Source: a virus. From it: DNA of 61,668 nt. Of the stretch, positions 56,864-61,668 are shown piece by piece. The stretch is from the IMG/VR virus record IMGVR_UViG_3300018080_000115, positions 76,695-138,362 of that record; one strand, 5' to 3'. The position numbers were made by a program, and so were the translations under genes. The notes below the pieces were generated by a model. That model was not told the origin of the DNA and did no database searches. It saw only the letters and a list, made by a program, of their open reading frames with translations. How positions within the stretch are numbered: position 1 is the first letter of the stretch; every line of letters begins with the position of its first letter.

Positions 56864-59719
56864 TTACTCGTTGATCCCACTCAGAGAAGTCATCCGCGAC
56901 CAATCCAGGCTTTCACCGAGATTGTCGTTATCGTCAAGCTGACTTCCCTTCTTCGGAGACACTTCGATATCGTCATCATCAATGATCACGTCTTCAACGT
57001 CATCATCTTTCCGACCTTTGATATCTTCATCATCCGCAAAAGGATCTTCCGCGCCGCGCCGTCTTTTGCCGGTCTCGTCATCATCGGAAGGCGAAGGAAT
57101 ACCCCCTTCTGCATATTCGGCAAGCAGACTATCGGCCTTTGCATCTTCGATGCGCCGATACTCTTCCCGAATCTGCTCCGAAACCAGATCAGGCGTCACG
57201 ACATTGTTCCACAGGCGTTTACGAATTGCCTGTCCTTCGGCATCGCTTTCGGTCAGTTGCATCAGAGTGAGTTGGGCTTTTTGCCTCTCAATCAGTTGTC
57301 GCTTGCGCTGCACTCTCCCTTTGAGGTCTTTGATGCGCTCGCTATCTTCCCGAAGTTGCGTTTCCAGTTCTCTGACTCGTTCCTCGCTTTGGACATGATT
57401 CAGCGGAACTGGAGTGCCCATGTTGAGCAAGTTCCGCATCTTCGCCAAGCGATCATTTGCATTCATGTTTCTGGGATCGTTCGCCATCTCTTCGGCAACA
57501 ACCCTCTTGTTCGACGAAGTCACATTCATCAAGAACATGTTCAGCTTCGCCGCCATGCCTTGTACCGCGCTTTCAGCTTGCTGCTGAATGGCGTCCAGCT
57601 TGCGCTTTTCACTCTGCCTGATCGCCTTGATCGTACGAGCATGAGCAGCCGCCATCTCTTCGGCTTCCTCTTCAGACTTGCGCCGCTTTTCGGCTTCGGC
57701 TTCAAATGAAGCCTTTGCCTTCATCATGTCGCACTTGGCTTCCAGTTCGGATTGTTTTGCCTGTTCCAGATCGTCCATCTTGCGGCCCGCACAGCGCCGC
57801 TTCAGATTTTCTAGTTCCTGCTTCGCCTTCCACAACTCAGGCGAAACTTGTTGGCCTGTTCCGAACTGTCCTTCGATATATTCAGCGTCGTCAGGCTCTC
57901 CATAACTGCGATCGATGGTCCCTTGCTCATGCGGATAGATCCCCTGAGTGCCTTCTTTGATCGTGGTGCCCGAATCGTTCTTGACGCTGATCTGATTGGC
58001 ACCTTTCAGCTTGCTCTTCGCTTCATCGTAGGCTTTCTGAACATCGCCGTCGTGATCGGCAATCTTGACTTCGCCTTTCTTGTTCTTTCCCTGCCAATAC
58101 CGCACCTTCTCCTTGTCGATCAGAACAAACGCCTCATCAGGGTCCTTCTCCTTGGCATCTTCGCCTTCGTTGATCCGCTTGCTGCTGTCGTTGCGCACCT
58201 CGAATTCCCGCGCGCCAGCCTTCTTCAGCATCCCCTTGATATAGTCATAGGTCTTCTGAAGATTTCGCCCGTGCGCGGCAATCGGTTCTGAACCGTTCAT
58301 GTCGCCGCAACGGAACTCAACTTTGCCGCCGTCCTTTGAGATGGTAATGAATGCGTAGTCTCGACCTTCACGAATCAAAGACCGTCCAGTGCTGGCGATC
58401 TGCTTTGCCATCTCAGATTGCACGCCGTCTTCGCCCGCGCTGCTGTCCACCACGAAAGCTTCACGTTCCAGCATATCCGCAACTTGACGCATCGCATGCG
58501 CTTCTTGCGGAGTCGCAGCATTCTCGGTATCGCCGCGCATGTCTTCGGCCTTCTTGCGGAGGAATTCGGCATCGTTCTGCTTGCGCTTGGACGAATCAGA
58601 GAACGTATCGGACAGCTCTTCAAACTCTTCAACCGGAATGTCGTCCGGGTCCGTTTTGCGAGCCTTTTTCGACGCCAATTCGGCTTGCGCCGTCATCTCT
58701 TCGGCTTCTTTCGAACACTCTTCAGCATTCGCCTTCAAAATGTCGGAACGTCCCTTGAGAGCCTTCTTCAGCTCAGGCTCGTCAACTTCGTTCGACTTGT
58801 TTTCGTATTCCTTGGCCAACTGCCCCAACGATTCGCCTTCATCCTTGCGCCGTTTTGCGCTCAAGTTCATCTCTTGAGCAACCAGTTCATAGGTATCGCA
58901 CAAAGCCTTGTTCGTGTTGACAGAACTGTTTGCGTTCTGCTTGGCTTTCTGGCTGATGACGTCCAGATCCTGAGCGACGTCAAGCTTGCGCTCGGCATCC
59001 TGTTCAAGGATCATCGCCCGCGTATACAGACACTTCGCTTCGGCTTGCAGCTCATCGGCCTGCTTGCGCTTCTTGTCGGCGTCCTTCTCCAATTCCTCCG
59101 CGCCCTTCTTGTCGTCTTCGTCGCGCTTCGCGTCCGCTTCCCGGTCAAGATTCGTCGCCTGCTTGCGCTTCTCTTCGGCTTCCTTGTCAAGGTCTTCGGC
59201 TTCCTGCTTCTTGCGCTTCGCCTCAGCCTCATCGGCATACGCCATGTCACGCTTCCGCTTCGCTTCAGCCTCATCGTCTCCGATGTCCGCTTCTTGTTTG
59301 CGCCGCTTCGCATTGTCCAGAAGATCATCCGCGCTGTCCTGCTTGCGCTGTGCCATCTCTTCCAGTTCTTCGGCTTCGGCTTCCAGCTTGCGCGCCTTTT
59401 CAGGTTCCCCTTCCAGTTCGGCATCAGCAGCCTGCTTGCGCTTCTGCTTCGCCTCTTCTTCATCCTCTTGAGCCATTTCCTGTTTGCGCTTGGCTTCCGC
59501 CTCATCTTCTTCAGCCGCTTTGCGCTTCAGCTTCAGCTCAACTTCTTCCTCATCGCTCTTGCGCTTGGAATCGTCGACATCCAATTCATCACCTTCCTTG
59601 CGACCGCGACGATTCTTCTCATCTTCTTCTTTGCGGCCCTTCAATCCCTCTCCATACTCCTGCTTGCGATCGTCAATGGCCTTCAGCACGCTATTCAGGC
59701 TGTTCGTTTCAGCGCCCAT
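56864..59719 (-). CDS. prohead core scaffolding protein (gp22-like), unusually long
   Basis: Between protease and capsid genes; charged coiled-coil repeats; C-terminal RM..LSGI. Confidence 0.75.
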   Translation of the reverse strand: MGAETNSLNSVLKAIDDRKQEYGEGLKGRKEEDEKNRRGRKEGDELDVDDSKRKSDEEEVELKLKRKAAEEDEAEAKRKQEMAQEDEEEAKQKRKQAADAELEGEPEKARKLEAEAEELEEMAQRKQDSADDLLDNAKRRKQEADIGDDEAEAKRKRDMAYADEAEAKRKKQEAEDLDKEAEEKRKQATNLDREADAKRDEDDKKGAEELEKDADKKRKQADELQAEAKCLYTRAMILEQDAERKLDVAQDLDVISQKAKQNANSSVNTNKALCDTYELVAQEMNLSAKRRKDEGESLGQLAKEYENKSNEVDEPELKKALKGRSDILKANAEECSKEAEEMTAQAELASKKARKTDPDDIPVEEFEELSDTFSDSSKRKQNDAEFLRKKAEDMRGDTENAATPQEAHAMRQVADMLEREAFVVDSSAGEDGVQSEMAKQIASTGRSLIREGRDYAFITISKDGGKVEFRCGDMNGSEPIAAHGRNLQKTYDYIKGMLKKAGAREFEVRNDSSKRINEGEDAKEKDPDEAFVLIDKEKVRYWQGKNKKGEVKIADHDGDVQKAYDEAKSKLKGANQISVKNDSGTTIKEGTQGIYPHEQGTIDRSYGEPDDAEYIEGQFGTGQQVSPELWKAKQELENLKRRCAGRKMDDLEQAKQSELEAKCDMMKAKASFEAEAEKRRKSEEEAEEMAAAHARTIKAIRQSEKRKLDAIQQQAESAVQGMAAKLNMFLMNVTSSNKRVVAEEMANDPRNMNANDRLAKMRNLLNMGTPVPLNHVQSEERVRELETQLREDSERIKDLKGRVQRKRQLIERQKAQLTLMQLTESDAEGQAIRKRLWNNVVTPDLVSEQIREEYRRIEDAKADSLLAEYAEGGIPSPSDDDETGKRRRGAEDPFADDEDIKGRKDDDVEDVIIDDDDIEVSPKKGSQLDDNDNLGESLDWSRMTSLSGINE

Positions 59720-59722
59720 GAT

Positions 59723-60529
59723 TTAACCGCTCCTACGCATTTGGTTTACAAAGTCTCTGATTTCTTGGATATTGAACTTTTTGGCAACCTCTTCCAACAC
59801 AATCGTCATCTGACGAATCTTGTCGGCATCGCTTGCCAATCCTTCTGTTATCGATTCGTTCTGCTGCTTTGGAAACGCACTTCGAACACTCGGATCAGTG
59901 ACGACATCGAACGTCAACATGCGATAGTCGTCATTCACCAAGAACTTGCCGTTGCTCTCGGTCGTCAGACTGCCGGTTCCCCGTGACGACACGCCAAGCT
60001 TCACGCCGTCATGGATATACGAACGAAGTTCCATGCCGTTCTTTGTCGTCAATGGTTCCAGAGAGCCATAAACGTTGGTCCCATCAATATTCAATTCCGT
60101 GACGATATGTGATCCAACGCCTGTACCGTTCTGATCCGTCAAACGGATCTTTGGCGTGTCGGGATGGTCCAGTTCGCCAATCAGTCGACGCTCTCCAATC
60201 AACGGTTGAATGCGTCTGACTTCACGCTCCAACAATTGCAAAGGATAGCGTCGATCGTTTTGATTATATTTCTCCGCTTCCTGGAACAGACCTTCCAGCT
60301 TGACTTTGTTTGAACGCGGATCAGCGCGCAGTTCAACGATCACCTGCTCTTCAATGGCATGCGGAATACACAACGGTTCAGCAGCATCCTCAACCAACAG
60401 CATAGGCCGTTGAACATCTTCATGAAGACGTTTTTCTATATCAATCGCAGCGGATTGACTGCGCTCGCCGATCAGCGAAATCGCAACCTGAAAAAATGCT
60501 TCAAGCTGTTGTTTGGAAAACTCTGTCAT
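59723..60529 (-). CDS. prohead core protease, gp21-like
   Basis: LEGLFQ.A...NQN.R.YP, GELDHP, SH, GVSSRGTGS, FDVVTDPS. Confidence 0.95.
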   Translation of the reverse strand: MTEFSKQQLEAFFQVAISLIGERSQSAAIDIEKRLHEDVQRPMLLVEDAAEPLCIPHAIEEQVIVELRADPRSNKVKLEGLFQEAEKYNQNDRRYPLQLLEREVRRIQPLIGERRLIGELDHPDTPKIRLTDQNGTGVGSHIVTELNIDGTNVYGSLEPLTTKNGMELRSYIHDGVKLGVSSRGTGSLTTESNGKFLVNDDYRMLTFDVVTDPSVRSAFPKQQNESITEGLASDADKIRQMTIVLEEVAKKFNIQEIRDFVNQMRRSG

Positions 60530-60562
60530 TTTCAGCCTGTTTCAGCAATTCAGACGTTCAAG

Positions 60563-60575
60563 CTTATATTCGATT
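60563..60575 (-). promoter_or_regulatory. candidate late promoter AATCGAATATAAG
   Basis: 34 nt upstream of protease ATG; identical copy at 48384-48396. Confidence 0.5.
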
Positions 60576-60617
60576 GATGGTTTTTTGTGATTCGAAGAAC
60601 GAATCAAACCGTTTTTT

Positions 60618-61625
60618 TCAGCGAGCCTGATATTTCACCATCATCTGTTGCAGATTCTTGATGTCCTTTTGAGCGATCTGCTGAAGCTGCCATTGCTTCC
60701 TGAACCTGGAAGCCAGCTTGCTGAATGCGCCTTTGATCTTGTCCCACACCATTTTCAACTTGTCGCCAAGCCAAGTCTCGGTGATTGGAACGCCCTTCAC
60801 ATAATGCTCGCTGAGCGCCTGAATATCCTGAGCAGTCAGTTTTTGACGTTTGATGACTTCGATCATGTTCTCTTCAATGTGCGATGCCTTTCGTTCATCC
60901 ATCAAAGTCTTGACTTCTTTGGTGCACTTGGCAAGCAGCTCCAAATAGGTGCCTTTTGCGCCTTCATGACGAGTCGTTTTGGTGAAAGCGATTTCTGCAC
61001 CATTGGCACAAACAATGATCAGTTCATCAATGGGGTCATCACCTTCCATGTACCCTTTGAACTGTCGAATCATCTTGGCTTCATCAGTGTCGCCGCTCCC
61101 TTGAACGACCTTGTCAAGCAGACCTTCGAAATTGAACGGAAGCCCGTCGATTGTCTTCTTCTGCTCTCGAATCTTCTTGTTGAACTCTTCCTTTTCCTTC
61201 ATCGCCGCGTTCAGATCTTTGAGAACAGCAGCCGCATATTTGGACTCTTCAGGACCAAGATATTCCGACGCGCCAATATTGGATTGCAGTTTGGAGATTG
61301 TGCCGAACGCTTTCTTCAGATTCGCTTGCGTGTCTTCATCAATGATTTTTTTGTGACGTCGAACACTTTCGCTTGCCGAAGCCATTTCCTGTTCGAACTT
61401 CTTTGCGGTCTGTTGCGCCTTGACAAGCTTCTGCGGAAGCTTTTTGGCGGATGCGGACACGACTTTGATCTTGTCGATAATCTTTTTGGCTTTGCTGACA
61501 AGTCCAATGAATTTGGTCTTGATCCAATTGCCGATGCGCTTCATGAATTCAATCAGAGAGAATTCGTCAAGTTGTTTTGCAGATCGCTGCGCCTCTTCGT
61601 CCAACAAGAATTCAAGCGTCGTCAT
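60618..61625 (-). CDS. hypothetical protein (possible internal head protein)
   Basis: 335+ aa, helical, multiple I/L-x-E sites; true start may lie beyond window edge. Confidence 0.65.
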   Translation of the reverse strand: MTTLEFLLDEEAQRSAKQLDEFSLIEFMKRIGNWIKTKFIGLVSKAKKIIDKIKVVSASAKKLPQKLVKAQQTAKKFEQEMASASESVRRHKKIIDEDTQANLKKAFGTISKLQSNIGASEYLGPEESKYAAAVLKDLNAAMKEKEEFNKKIREQKKTIDGLPFNFEGLLDKVVQGSGDTDEAKMIRQFKGYMEGDDPIDELIIVCANGAEIAFTKTTRHEGAKGTYLELLAKCTKEVKTLMDERKASHIEENMIEVIKRQKLTAQDIQALSEHYVKGVPITETWLGDKLKMVWDKIKGAFSKLASRFRKQWQLQQIAQKDIKNLQQMMVKYQAR

Positions 61626-61668
61626 CTTGTCATCAGTGATCGAAGCGATTTCAGGAGCCTTGGCCAGC

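Noticed and set aside
1-61668. Stop-codon reassignment suggested by the release-factor-like gene
   Set aside because: Core genes are full length in code 11 and end in TGA, TAA and TAG; the GGQ protein lacks a codon-recognition domain

Overview
Fragment of a large T4-like (jumbo-type) myophage genome, about 50% GC, standard genetic code, almost entirely on the minus strand. Right to left it carries head genes (gp21 protease, a 951-aa scaffold, gp23 major capsid, gp13/gp14 neck), then tail genes (gp15-like, a 1594-aa sheath, tube, gp26/gp51-like hub chaperone). A short plus-strand block follows (class II glutamine amidotransferase, gp47/gp46 Mre11/Rad50), then a regulatory and non-coding RNA region at about 31.4-35.1 kb. 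The long replication/recombination block holds ThyX, an endolysin, a PHP-less DnaE, a methyltransferase, a GGQ release-factor domain, primase, a sigma-like factor, DnaB helicase, UvsY, holin, gp32-like SSB, RecA, a beta clamp, UvsW, a Cas4-like nuclease and a Holliday junction resolvase. It ends in a gp2-like gene and a tape-measure-like gene that runs off the left edge. The most notable signals not explained by the genes are: (1) a promoter- and terminator-bounded ~80-nt sRNA whose 5' end is antisense to a neighbouring gene's RBS/start codon; (2) an adjacent ~250-nt structured RNA closed by a perfect 15-bp stem; (3) a probable +1 programmed frameshift (UUU_CGG) fusing the gp26-like and gp51-like frames; (4) a candidate late-promoter motif; (5) a multi-hairpin RNA between sheath and tube; (6) a scaffold that looks like a cleavable polyprotein. 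All calls come from reading motifs by eye; no database searches or folding programs were run.
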